From contig CM119268.1 of assembly GCA_051294375.1 (NCBI GenBank), positions 11,781,585-11,845,584 of the forward strand: DNA of 64,000 bases. Direction: 5' to 3'. The notes under the pieces are model-generated. The model was given only the letters and a program-made list of their open reading frames with translations, made no database searches and was not told the origin of the DNA. Of the stretch, positions 1 through 11,958 are shown one piece after another. Origin of the DNA: Paraspadella gotoi (Eukaryota > Animalia > Chaetognatha). The translations under genes and the position numbers were made by a program. Position 1 is the stretch's first letter. Every line of letters starts with the position of its first letter.

Positions 1-341
1 GGAACGAATGGGGCGCGGCGGCGGAGTCGGGCGGGGGGGGCGCAAAGGCGGGAGAGAGAGAAGGGAGAGGAGGACTACGAGGGGAGAGCGACGACAACGA
101 CGAGGAGGACGACGACGGCGAACGACGAAGCAGGGCCAAAACGGGCGGCGGAAAGGGGGAAAAGTGGGGGGCGGGAGGCAAACGAGGGGAGGCGCGGCGA
201 GAGACGACGTGCGGCGCCCAAGTACAACGAACAGCAGCAGCAAATAGCAAAGAAAAGACGTAGATGTAGATGTAGATGACGAAATCTACAATGAAAATGG
301 AAATAAAGACGATGATAAAGACGATGATGGCTTTGAGGAAA

Positions 342-391
<50 letters not shown>

Positions 392-1881
392 TGAGAATGA
401 TTTACGTTCTCGCGCTGATTTTGTGGAATATCTCGCAAATCCAGATGAACTGAGTTATGGGAAATAAAATCCGCAGACCGGAAAAGATTACAATCGCTGA
501 TTCTCAGTCTCCACGAATGATTTACGGACGAGAACTCACAACGAGGTTGTCGGAGGGATTATCCTTTNNNNNNNNNNNNNNNNNNNNNNNNNNNNNNNNN
601 NNNNNNNNNNNNNNNNNNNNNNNNNNNNNNNNNNNNNNNNNNNNNNNNNNNNNNNNNNNNNNNNNNNNNNNNNNNNNNNNNNNNNNNNNNNNNNNNNNNN
701 NNNNNNNNNNNNNNNNNNNNNNNNNNNNNNNNNNNNNNNNNNNNNNNNNNNNNNNNNNNNNNNNNNNNNNNNNNNNNNNNNNNNNNNNNNNNNNNAGTTG
801 TTGTTCCTCAGGTTGTTGATGACGTTGTGCCGATTGTTGTCTCCGACGATGATGACACTTGACGCGTCAAACTCGAAAACTCTTTTCGCATTCGATCCCA
901 ACATTAACTACGGCTCATTTTCGTTTAATCGATTAATCATATGACTTTTCATCGCAATGTCAAACGATTATTAGCCCAGAATATATACATATATTAAAAA
1001 AATGGCTTCCTGGACATTTTCTNNNNNNNNNNCATTATTCATGTTACCTTTATTTTCTTTCCCCATAAATTATTGATGTTTTCATCGAGAAAGGAAAATC
1101 GTTGGTGGCGCCAAAAGGCGGAAAAATAGTCGACGGTAGAGGGCGGCGTCGGTCCAGGCCGGCGTCGCTGCCACTTTTTTTTCAAGATGAGTGTAATCGT
1201 TTTTTTTTGGGGAAAATTGTTTTGTTAAAGGTTCATGAAAAGAGTGATTGTTATCGACTGTTTTAAAAATAAAACACAAAAAATAGGAAAACAGGATGTA
1301 AACAAAAGCGTTTTCCCTTTTTAAAATTTTAAGCTAAGGTTTATCGGGTTTTGTGGTCGTTTCTCGAGGTTGAAAATTCGTTTTCAGATTCAGGTAAATT
1401 TATTAGAAAATGGTTGGGTGTAAACAAAGTTAGGAAAGGATTTTACAATTTAGCTCTTAACTTACGCATGAAGATAAATTTAACGAGAAAAAGGAGAATG
1501 GAAAACGGAAAAAAAAAGATGAAGNNNNNNNNNNNNNNNNNNNNNNNNNNNNNNNNNNNNNNNNNNNNNNNNNNNNNNNNNNNNNNNNNNNNNNNNNNNN
1601 NNNNNNNNNNNNNNNNNNNNNNNNNNNNNNNNNNNNNNNNNNNNNNNNNNNNNNNNNNNNNNNNNNNNNNNNNNNNNNNNNNNNNNNNNNNNNNNNNNNN
1701 NNNNNNNNNNNNNNNNNNNNNNNNNNNNNNNNNNNNNNNNNNNNNNNNNNNNNNNNNNNNNNNNNNNNNNNNNNNNNNNNNNNNNNNNNNNNNNNNNNNN
1801 NNNNNNNNNNNNNNNNNNNNNNNNNNNNNNNNNNNNNNNNNNNNNNNNNNNNNNNNNNNNNNNNNNNNNNNNNNNNNNNNN

Positions 1882-1919
<38 letters not shown>

Positions 1920-3882
1920 ATAGGAGAAAAAACAGAATTGGAAAAAGAAATAGAGGTTTGGCAGTGAATAACCTTATCTCAACTCCCAGCTAATATACCT
2001 AAACGAGTTATCTTTAAAGAAAATATATTTTATGATCATAATGTGGTCTTATCTTTAAAAATGCTCACTTGAACGCTTATAAAGAATGAATTCGTCATAT
2101 AAGAGGAAAACGAAGACGACGACGACGACGACGACAAGGACGGGGACATGGACGGCTGGGACGGTGTCGCCCCCTTCTCCCCCGCTGTAAATCTCAATTT
2201 TCTAAAAATAAAGGACCATAAAAAAATTTACGTTCATTTAAAAAAAGAGAGAAGGGGGTAACCATCTGTTGTGGGTTTTCCTCGCCCCGCCAGCCTGAGC
2301 GAAGATTGTGTTTGTTCGAATGAGTTGGCGGTCGGGACGCGAGCGTGAGAGGGTGTGAATATGTGCGAGTGCGTGATAGAGAGCGATTGCTCCATTTGAC
2401 TCGCGGCGCCCCCCCTCGGTTCCGTGATTGCCGTTTCGTTTTCGGAATTTAAATGATGTACAAGAAAATATGAGCTTTAAAGTTGAGGTTAGTCAAGCGC
2501 AAAGTTTACTTCGATGATTACTTCGTCACAACAAATTTTGTTTTGATAATTAAATTATTTTTCTTCAAAACCGTTTGGCGCCATAATCGTATAAAAAAAA
2601 ACACTTAACGATTACNNNNNNNNNNNNNNNNNNNNNNNNNNNNNNNNNNNNNNNNNNNNNNNNNNNNNNNNNNNNNNNNNNNNNNNNNNNNNNNNNNNNN
2701 NNNNNNNNNNNNNNNNNNNNNNNNNNNNNNNNNNNNNNNNNNNNNNNNNNNNNNNNNNNNNNNNNNNNNNNNNNNNNNNNNNNNNNNNNNNNNNNNNNNN
2801 NNNNNNNNNNNNNNNNNNNNNNNNNNNNNNNNNNNNNNNNNNNNNNNNNNNNNNNNNNNNNNNNNNNNNNNNNNCTCTCCACATCTTTTTAGCCGCAGAC
2901 AAACTTCTCATTTTTCTCTCCTCCTTTCGCCAGCGGTTTAAATCTTTTTTTCCATTTGCATAATTGCATCCGATGCTCCGTTGCTTCCGCGAAGAGTGAA
3001 AAGGAGTGAGAAGAAAANNNNNNNNNNNNNNNNNNNNNNNNNNNNNNNNNNNNNNNNNNNNNNNNNNNNNNNNNNNNNNNNNNNNNNNNNNNNNNNNNNN
3101 NNNNNNNNNNNNNNNNNNNNNNNNNNNNNNNNNNNNNNNNNNNNNNNNNNNNNNNNNNNNNNNNNNNNNNNNNNNNNNNNNNNNNNNNNNNNNNNNNNNN
3201 NNNAGAGAGAGAGAGAGAGAGAGAATTTTCAAAAAATGTAACGTCGACGCCCGTCGATTTCCACGTGACCGGTCATGTCCAGAAATGATTTTTCCGGGTT
3301 TCGATCCTGGAATGAACTTTTCTTTGACCGTGGCTTAGGGGGGCGAGAGGGCCCCAGTTGAGAGAGAAAAAATGTGTATCTTGTGAAACTTTTTTGAGTG
3401 ACTCAACTAGGTTCTTGCCATTTTCTTTATTGTTTTCCTAAATATTTTTACTGTGCAGCCTGTAATGGTTAAAAATTAGAGTCATTTTTTTTCTATTCGG
3501 AAAGTTTGACGAATTCAGACCCCTCGTTCAGTCTAGAAAAGAGGCACAATGATTGTGATTGTGATATATAACCATATCTCTATTGCTGCTCAGTGCTCAT
3601 GGTTAAAACTAAGCGCTAAATCTCATCTTGTCAGAAGGTTTAACAAATTTAGACCCCTCGCTCAGACAAGAGNNNNNNNNNNNNNNNNNNNNNNNNNNNN
3701 NNNNNNNNNNNNNNNNNNNNNNNNNNNNNNNNNNNNNNNNNNNNNNNNNNNNNNNNNNNNNNNNNNNNNNNNNNNNNNNNNNNNNNNNNNNNNNNNNNNN
3801 NNNNNNNNNNNNNNNNNNNNNNNNNNNNNNNNNNNNNNNNNNNNNNNNNNNNNNNNNNNNNNNNNNNNNNNNNNNNNNNNNN

Positions 3883-3956
3883 ACAGCGTACATGCTATCT
3901 GCTCTCTGCTATATGTCTATTTACACATGTTTAATAGTAGTATAGCCACGTTATCA
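3883..3956 (-). CDS. candidate pre-TM2 exon of the DEG/ENaC gene (garbled, runs into gap)
   Basis: TTTCCAG acceptor, then DNVAIL..., reminiscent of ASIC ENILVLDI. An in-frame stop follows. TM2 and the GxS filter are not visible and may sit in the gap 3673-3882. Confidence 0.3.
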
Positions 3957-4112
3957 TCTGGAAATGCGTCCACATAAGAAAGTCACTTTTAACGTAAGAG
4001 AGAACGAATATATATGAAATATTGGTCCCAAATAATTTCTCAGTTTACTCGAATTATTTTAATTCAGCGAAAGTAAGAGTTGGCCTTAGTAAACCGCAGC
4101 ATTAAGACGATG

Positions 4113-4191
<79 letters not shown>

Positions 4192-4341
4192 TTTTCGCCC
4201 ATATCGTCGATGACGACGAATAAGGAAAAAAAAAACTTTGTTTTGAATCTTTCCATTTCACCGTCTACCCATTTCCTCTCCGCGGGTGATGACGACGTTC
4301 GCAAACATTGCCGTCGCAATTGAGATATCCGGCGATAGGCA

Positions 4342-4376
<35 letters not shown>

Positions 4377-5458
4377 AAGGGCTGGCGTTGGGTGGTAACG
4401 AAAGTGGCGTCGTCTGCGGAGTTGGCGTTGGTTTCGCCAAAATGTCGTGACGATATAGACGGTTATATATTACGACTAGGTTTGATATGCGACGACAACG
4501 ACGACGACGACGGCGACAGCGACGACGAAGATTGCCAAAAACGTCGTCTGAAATTTTGAAAGATTTTTTTTTTTCTGTTTATTCCAAACGAGTTAGTCGC
4601 TTCGAGAGACGACGTCGTCGCCCAAGGTAGGGAAAATTTAATCAGTCAATATCCTTTCGTTCAACGACTGTTCTTTTGAGGACTGTTCTTTTGAGAACTG
4701 TTCTTTTCCGGTCTGTTTCTGAGAGGACTCTTGTTTTTCAAAATTGAGAATACAAGGAGGCAGCTTCTGAGGAGAGTAGAAGAGACTTATATTTGCGCGG
4801 CAGTCACGATATAGTCAAGTCGGAATTTGCATAAATGCGCTAAACGCTTTCCGAAATTTATACGTTCTTTTAATAATATCGGTAAGTCACAACATTACAT
4901 TACATTACATTACATTACGTTCGTGACCTCATCGCGTGAGAATTTCAAGAAAATGTGAAACCGCGAAACCAGAGACGCTTTTTCTCTTCCTGTGACGCAT
5001 CACTATTTCACGAAGATAAATTTTTTTTTTCTTTTCGAGTTCGGATCGAGAGAGGGTCGAGCATTCGTATGGGGAGTAAACAAACTATCCGAGGGAAAGG
5101 AATTGTGCTCATAGAAAGGGAAAAAAGAAAGGAAAGAAAGAAATAAAGAAAGAANNNNNNNNNNNNNNNNNNNNNNNNNNNNNNNNNNNNNNNNNNNNNN
5201 NNNNNNNNNNNNNNNNNNNNNNNNNNNNNNNNNNNNNNNNNNNNNNNNNAGAAAGATAAAAGAAATAAAGGAAATAAAACGAACCAACTCAGCCAGAATT
5301 TACATCATTTCAACTTCATTTCATGGTTTTCAAAGATTTTTTCCTCTAATTTATGACATTTGAATTTCAAACCATGAAACCGAGAATTTCTCATCATATA
5401 ACGAATTACGGGGCGGACCACAAGCATTCTCCTCTTAAATTAAAATCGTTTGAGATCA

Positions 5459-5495
<37 letters not shown>

Positions 5496-5734
5496 NNNNN
5501 NNNNNNNNNNNNNNNNNNNNNNNNNNNNNNNNNNNNNNNNNNNNNNNNNNNNNNNNNNNNNNNNNNNNNNNNNNNNNNNNNNNNNNNNNNNNNNNNNNNN
5601 NNNNNNNNNNNNNNNNNNNNNNNNNNNNNNNNNNTTCTTTCTAACTTTATCCGCAATGTTTCCAAATACGTCGTCCTTTCGCTTTTCAAAAGAAAAAATG
5701 AAACAGAGCAAGAGATTATGAGAGCAAAAGAGAA

Positions 5735-5767
<33 letters not shown>

Positions 5768-5923
5768 GNNNNNNNNNNNNNNNNNNNNNNNNNNNNNNNN
5801 NNNNNNNNNNNNNNNNNNNNNNNNNNNNNNNNNNNNNNNNNNNNNNNNNNNNNNNNNNNNNNNNNNNNNNNNNNNNNNNNNNNNNNNNNNNNNNNNNNNN
5901 NNNNNNNNNNNNNNNNNNNNNNN

Positions 5924-5959
<36 letters not shown>

Positions 5960-6372
5960 CCACCCAGACAGACAAGTTATCAAGGTCGGCTACCCTTTTA
6001 TTGCGTTACTGCAAGGATAGTCTCTTGAATTTGGACAGAGGAAGAAAACGGCTGGAATTAAAAAATCCTCAATTAAACAAGAAAGCCTTGTTCTAATAAT
6101 TTATCCTAATATATCTTTAAAAATAAAAAAGGGAGCGAAACCATTAGTCTTTCTAGCAAACAAACAAAAAAGTCATTAAACCAATGAAAAAGCTCAGCCC
6201 CTGTATATTTCATCCTCTTTTTTTATGTTCATAAGACAGGAGAAAAAAAAAAGAGGTAATGTCCGATCCAGCTCGAAGAATGAGATCGCGGGAAGATAGT
6301 TAACGTTCCTTTCCTTTCGCCAAATGGAGGAGGGAAGAAAATGATTGAAGGAGGAAGAAGCAAACAAATCAC

Positions 6373-6568
6373 TCGTAATTCTGTCCGAACTCAACGACTC
6401 GACGACCGAAGAACCCAACCATCTCCGGAACACGGGGGTGGCTTTGGGGGTGGCTTGGGGGGGTGGCTTAAGTTTGACCGGGCGTTCCGAGGTTCTCCCA
6501 AGTTTCAGTGAGTTTTGGCTGAGGCTTGGTACGGCCAACAGCGAAGATCGGAGCCGGTCGATAGAATG
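6373..6568 (-). CDS. candidate further exon of the DEG/ENaC gene (non-conserved insert)
   Basis: GC-rich island after a TTTAG acceptor with one open frame (HSIDRLRSSLLAVPSLSQNSLKLGRTSERPVKLKPPP...). Donor is weak and there is no recognisable motif. Confidence 0.35.
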
Positions 6569-6923
6569 CTAAATGTAAACAATGTCGAATTTATAATTTA
6601 TAATTTATAACTAAAAACCGGCAAATTCCTTTTTCGTAAAGTTTGAAACTTTGAATAGATATAAATTTGGATTTGAAGCGAGACAAGAAAGGAAAGAAAG
6701 GCTACTCGTTGCGGGAGGTCGACCTAACAGGCTTTGAGTATCCGGATTGTCTTGAGGTTAACGGGATTGTTCCTCCTTTGGACCAAATCCATTGTCCCTC
6801 CTTCTATTTTTAATTTTATACTCGAGGGGGGAGGAGAAATTTGTACAAGAAAATTTTTTTTGTCATTAGAAGCATCATAAAAAACATATTATCTATTGAA
6901 ACGAACGGCCATGGTCAAAAATA

Positions 6924-6956
<33 letters not shown>

Positions 6957-7419
6957 NNNNNNNNNNNNNNNNNNNNNNNNNNNNNNNNNNNNNNNNNNNN
7001 NNNNNNNNNNNNNNNNNNNNNNNNNNNNNNNNNNNNNNNNNNNNNNNNNNNNNNNNNNNNNNNNNNNNNNNNNNNNNNNNNNNNACGATATTCCGATAAG
7101 TCGACTGGAAACAAAGAGCGAAAAACCAATGATTTATGTCATAGTAATAGTAAAAATAAACCTCGTTTAAAATATTACTATAACATAGCACTGATAAAAG
7201 CGCGACCGGTGGAAGAATCTCGTTCTCGAAGTTGGGATTCCATTCTTTTTACGATCATCAATTATCATCGTCATACTTGTCCTACTAAGCGATAATTTAA
7301 AGCCACCGTCTTGGACGTTCATTACAACTACTTAATGTCATACATTAAAGATTTTCTAACATTCTCTCCTTTGGAAACTCAATCATTTTTATAATCATCG
7401 GCGTCGTCGTCATTATTGT

Positions 7420-7454
<35 letters not shown>

Positions 7455-8012
7455 NNNNNNNNNNNNNNNNNNNNNNNNNNNNNNNNNNNNNNNNNNNNNN
7501 NNNNNNNNNNNNNNNNNNNNNNNNNNNNNNNNNNNNNNNNNNNNNNNNNNNNNNNNNNNNNNNNNNNNNNNNNNNNNNNNNNNNNNNNNNNNNNNNNNNN
7601 NNNNNNNNNNNNNNNNNNNNNNNNNNNNNNNNNNNGACGACGACGATGTCACGAAATCGGTTTCCGGTTTCACTTTGGACGCAAGACTCAAAATCATCAT
7701 CATCGGCCTCATGATGAATAGATTACTGGCCGATTCANNNNNNNNNNNNNNNNNNNNNNNNNCAGAAGAAAGGGAAATGAAGAAACTTGAGAGCTTCTTT
7801 TGACAAAAAAGATGTAATAGAAAAAAAAAAAGGATCCTGCGGTTTTCGGATTTTGTCTTTTTGGTTCTTTCGGTTCTTTGACTGAATTTTTTCTTTGGCC
7901 TATTGTTTGTTTTGTGTGAATTGTTTATTGAGGAAAAGATTCGTATTCCTACAACATTTTTTTTTTAAAAAGCCAGAAGTTTTTCTGAGAATTCTGGACT
8001 GCTTCTACTGCG

Positions 8013-8072
<60 letters not shown>

Positions 8073-8089
8073 CTGCTCTCTCTCCTCAC

Positions 8090-8184
8090 CTTATCGTTCT
8101 GCTTCGCTGACTTGGTCTCGTGCGTTCACGTACTTCGTCTTGGCGTGCAGATAACTGTTGGTATGTAGTTCTCTCTCTTATGAC
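8090..8184 (-). CDS. probable DEG/ENaC knuckle-region exon (indels, likely read errors)
   Basis: CAG acceptor and GTGAG donor. Best frame gives ...ELHTNSYLHAKTKYVNARDQVSEAER, but the frame is not clean. Confidence 0.55.
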
Positions 8185-8592
8185 CTGAGTCGAATTGATA
8201 AAGGAACAGAAGGACTTTTTACTATTTTCATGTTTAACTTTGCTAATGAATTACCCTTATACCCGTAACCCTGACCCTTTAATCAGAAACCAAGTTCGCC
8301 TAACTCGTTAATCACTAACCAGAGTCCCTAACTCTTAATCACTAACCCTGAATCCCTAGGCCGTTATCCCTTCCAAATTCCTTAACCCTTAACTTCTCTG
8401 ACCTAATAAGTTAAAAAAATTAATGCTAATTTCCGAATTCAGATAAATTTGGGCAATCTGCGGAAATTCGAGATTCCATTTGTCCGCCCATTTGTAAATT
8501 GTTTTGTTTCGAAAATGGAGAAAACCTTCTTCGTCTTTTCCAGCGGGCATTTTAACTTGTTACTTATCAAGGCCACTTACTCACTTACTCAC

Positions 8593-8718
8593 CCGATTTG
8601 ACGCTGGAGGCGACGTCGTCAGGATTGAGGATGGCGTTTGAGATTCTCGTGGTGAAGGAAGTGACGTCGCAAGGTTCAACGCATGCGCACTTGCGCATCT
8701 CCTCCGCGTCGAAGAGTT
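8593..8718 (-). CDS. DEG/ENaC channel, CxCxxPC exon
   Basis: 126 nt, AAG/GTGAGT, phase 1-1. ELFDAEEMRKCACVEPCDVTSFTTRISNAILNPDDVASSVKS. Confidence 0.9.
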
Positions 8719-8863
8719 CTTTTGTTTAATAAGAAAATAAGGAAATAAGAAAACGGTAATATTTTTTCTATGAAATATCGAATTCCAAATTGTTTCAAGA
8801 CCTTTAATAATAACGAAATAAGTCTATTTACCAAATACCATAATTATATAAATTCATGCAAAC

Positions 8864-8932
8864 CTTTGGCTTTTTCGAGACAAGTGAATTTCTTTTCTAT
8901 ATCACAGATCGGCGCTTCTTGCACGACGGGCC
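8864..8932 (-). CDS. DEG/ENaC channel, thumb exon
   Basis: 69 nt, TAG/GTTTG, phase 1-1. GPVVQEAPICDIEKKFTCLEKAK resembles ASIC GDAPYCTPEQYKECADPAL. Confidence 0.85.
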
Positions 8933-9023
8933 CTAAATTCGATGAAAATAAGGACTCAAATATTATATAATTCTATATTACTTTTATAAATTACTAACGC
9001 ATCATAAAACTCTCTTAACGAAC

Positions 9024-9218
9024 CGTTCATGTAGAGGTCTTTGCACTTGCATAGATTCACGACGTATTTCATGAGGCAATTTTGGCGACAAATGTGACGA
9101 CTGTTTTGGCCCAAGAACTTCCGGCCCGGATGTAGTTCGGGACTGGAGCGTTGACCCGGATCAGACTCGGGCATCGTTGGTTTGCAGCCCGAAGAGGAAG
9201 GTGGGCAATGTTTTCGCG
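9024..9218 (-). CDS. DEG/ENaC channel, Cys-rich thumb exon (5' end indel-garbled, boundary approximate)
   Basis: ...NSRHICRQNCLMKYVVNLCKCKDLYMN(G) matches the CxxxCxxxYxxxxCxC thumb motif. An LPPP.G.C-like start is visible but broken by indels. Confidence 0.85.
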
Positions 9219-9847
9219 TTGCGTGAACAGGATCAAATATTTATTATCGGGTTTTCCGGCGACTTAGTTTGTCGGTATATGTCGGTTCATTGAACATGAT
9301 ATGTATTAAGGTTGTCACAAGTTTTGCAGCGCCGAGGTTAGGTAACCAGAAGGGATAGATAATCCCTGCATAATTTTTTTCAAATGCTCAAGTAGAGTAT
9401 TTGAAACATTCTCTCTTGGAAATATACGATTTTTCCCTCGATGCCGTCGCACGCGCATGCATTATATACACAACATTTTTTCTTTCATGAGGCTGTTTCA
9501 TTGTTAGACTAATGAACGATGTATATGAGAAAAAAATAAATTAAAGCTCGTAATATGTTCATCAAAAAATATGTATATATAAACAATAGATTGGCATTTC
9601 CAACTTTATTGGTTTGAAAGATTAATATCAAAATACTTGAAAATTCTTATAACACTGCAATATGCAAATGAGATTTTTAAGGGCTCGCTTCTTTAAGAAT
9701 AAATTCAGGGCAAAGTGACTTAAAGTGTCTTAAAGTTAAATTACTCAATTAACTATACCATATGAAATAAAATCAGGTTTTAAATTCCGCGAAGGTTAAA
9801 ATTTTCATTTTTCGCATGACCGCGAAGAAAAGAAAAAAAAAACTTAC

Positions 9848-9957
9848 CCGCTGCTTCTTGAAACCGACGCTGACGTGATTTCCGGGCGAAACGTCGAATC
9901 CGAAAGACGCGACGTCGGGTTTCGATTCGATCTGATCGTGAAGCATCACCCGGACGC
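9848..9957 (-). CDS. DEG/ENaC channel, palm/beta-ball exon
   Basis: 110 nt, CAG/GTAAGT, phase 1-0. GVRVMLHDQIESKPDVASFGFDVSPGNHVSVGFKKQR aligns with ASIC GIKVQIHSQxEPPxxxxLGFGVAPGFQTFV. Confidence 0.92.
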
Positions 9958-10185
9958 CTGGGAAGGGGGGAGNNNNNNNNNNNNNNAAGCGGAGAGAAGG
10001 GGGAGAGGGTTGGGATTATAACGTATGGGTGGATGGACAATTGGACAAGAGGGTATTAGAGTATTGAGATGAAGATAGGGATAATGGGTCCGAGGTTACT
10101 CGTGTCAGTTTAGAAAAAAAATGAGCTTAGGTGAAATCAAGAGCTGTTCGAAAGAAAAAAAAGAAGAATATTTCGAATGCCTTAC

Positions 10186-10260
10186 CTATTCCTGAATGCG
10201 GACCCGGCATGTATTGGTATCTTTCGGTGTTCAAAACCACGAAGAGGCCGGACTTTTGAC
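10186..10260 (-). CDS. DEG/ENaC channel, extracellular beta-strand exon
   Basis: 75 nt, TAG/GTAAG, phase 1-1. GQKSGLFVVLNTERYQYMPGPHSGI(G) resembles ASIC GxxxGLxxxLDxxxxEY. Confidence 0.88.
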
Positions 10261-11257
10261 CTAAGATTGATTAATGATTATGGATTGATTGATAGATTGA
10301 AGATTGATCGATTATCGAAATTCCTTTCCACCTGTTTGATGCACGGTGGCTAATCTATCGAGNNNNNNNNNNNNNNNNNNNNNNNNNNNNNNNNNNNNNN
10401 NNNNNNNNNNNNNNNNNNNNNNNNNNNNNNNNNNNNNNNNNNNNNNNNNNNNNNNNNNNNNNNNNNNNNNNNNNNNNNNNNNNNNNNNNNNNNNNNNNNN
10501 NNNNNNNNNNNNNNNNNNNNNNNNNNNNNNNNNNGGATGTGATGAACATTACGTTTAGTTCAGATCAAGAAAAGCTAAAGGCCAAATGGTTTGGGCAAAT
10601 GAAAAAAAAATGTACAACAATGCAATAATATCTTCTTTTTTCTTGTTGAATANNNNNNNNNNNNNNNNNNNNNNNNNNNNNNNNNNNNNNNNNNNNNNNN
10701 NNNNNNNNNNNNNNNNNNNNNNNNNNNNNNNNNNNNNNNNNNNNNNNNNNNNNNNNNNNNNNNNNNNNNNNNNNNNNNNNNNNNNNNNNNNNNNNNNNNN
10801 NNNNNNNNNNNNNNNNNNNNNNNNNNNNNNNNNNNNNNNNNNNNNNNNNNNNNNNNNNNNNNNNNNNNNNNNNNNNNNNNNNNNNNNNNNNNNNNNNNNN
10901 NNNNNNNNNNNNNNNNNNNNNNNNNNNNNNNNNNNNNNNNNNNNNNNNNNNNNNNNNNNNNNNNNNNNNNNNNNNNNNNNNNNNNNNNNNNNNNNNNNNN
11001 NNNNNNNNNNNNNNNNNNNNNNNNNNNNNNNNNNNNNNNNNNNNNNNNNNNNNNNNNNNNNNNNNNNNNNNNNNNNNNNNNNNNNNNNNNNNNNNNNNNN
11101 NNNNNNNNNNNNNNNNNNNNNNNNNNNNNNNNNNNNNNNNNNNNNNNNNNNNNNNNNNNNNNNNNNNNNNNNNNNNNNNNNNNNNNNNNNNNNNNNNNNN
11201 NNNNNNNNNNNNNNNNNNNNNNNNNNNNNNNNNNNNNNNNNNNNNNNNNNNNNNNNN

Positions 11258-11384
11258 GGCGGGAATTTGGTCGGAGATGATGAGGTGAGTTTGGAGACGA
11301 GGGGCGAGGAAGAGGGAGACGCGGTCGATGAGTTGGAGGGAGGAGAAGATGAGAGCGAGGAGGAAGAGCACGAGCCACAGAACT
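11258..11384 (-). CDS. DEG/ENaC channel, TM1 exon (runs into N gap)
   Basis: Pyrimidine tract plus CAG acceptor. Gives (R)VLWLVLFLLALIFSSLQLIDRVSLFLAPRLQTHLIISDQIPA, i.e. RRxxW-TM1-DRV as in ASICs. The expected FPAVTxCN and finger region would lie in the gap 10653-11257. Confidence 0.88.
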
Positions 11385-11564
11385 CTGGGCGGGACGGCGG
11401 GGTTGACGAGGGGAAGAAAGGTGTTGAATGACCGAAGTTTGTTAACTAATGGGTCATCTCTTTGTCAAAATAATAGATTGTCGAAAAGACGCCGAATCAA
11501 ACAGATAATAGTGAAAAAAAAATGGATAGATTGATAGAGAAATAAATAGAAAGGTCGAAGAGAC

Positions 11565-11565
<1 letters not shown>

Positions 11566-11656
<91 letters not shown>
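11566..11656. repeat. (GATA)n microsatellite in DEG/ENaC intron
   Basis: More than 20 perfect GATA units. Confidence 0.95.
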
Positions 11657-11658
<2 letters not shown>

Positions 11659-11738
11659 CAATTTTGTTAAGCAAAATAATTAATTTTTCTCCTTTATTGA
11701 AAAAATAAATAAATATAAAAATCGGCCTATGAACTAAC

Positions 11739-11958
11739 CTCCTTCCCACGAACATGTTCGGGTTGGCAAAGTGTTTGACTCCGTGACAGGAAGAGACGTT
11801 CAAAAATCTGGTCGCCATGGTAACCCAATCCCCGTTGCCGCCAAGGGGATCCACCTGGGGGCTGCGTCGGGAGGCCCAGTAGCCCGAGTGCCCGCAAGGG
11901 CTGGTGCCCCGGTGGAGGAGATCGGCTGGGTGGGGTACTTCCATGTGGGGATTGTCGC
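11739..11958 (-). CDS. DEG/ENaC (ASIC-like) channel, N-terminal exon with HG gating motif
   Basis: CAG acceptor and GTTAGT donor. Translates ...WVTMATRFLNVSSCHGVKHFANPNMFVGR(R), matching the DEG/ENaC pre-TM1 FxxxSxxHG motif. Phase 2 joins the next exon. Confidence 0.85.

Noticed and set aside
1-250. G/R-rich 79-aa ORF at window start
   Set aside because: Low-complexity noisy sequence next to (GAC)n repeats, with no splice or domain support.
4667-4711. Three 15-bp direct repeats (actgttcttttgagg-like)
   Set aside because: No spacers and eukaryotic context, so not CRISPR. Simple tandem repeat, possibly coding KEQxS on the minus strand.
8250-8405. Telomere-like CCCTAA/TTAGGG-type repeats (also 62570-62655 and 63720-63775)
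   Set aside because: Highly degenerate, short and interstitial. More likely part of a dispersed repeat than a telomere.
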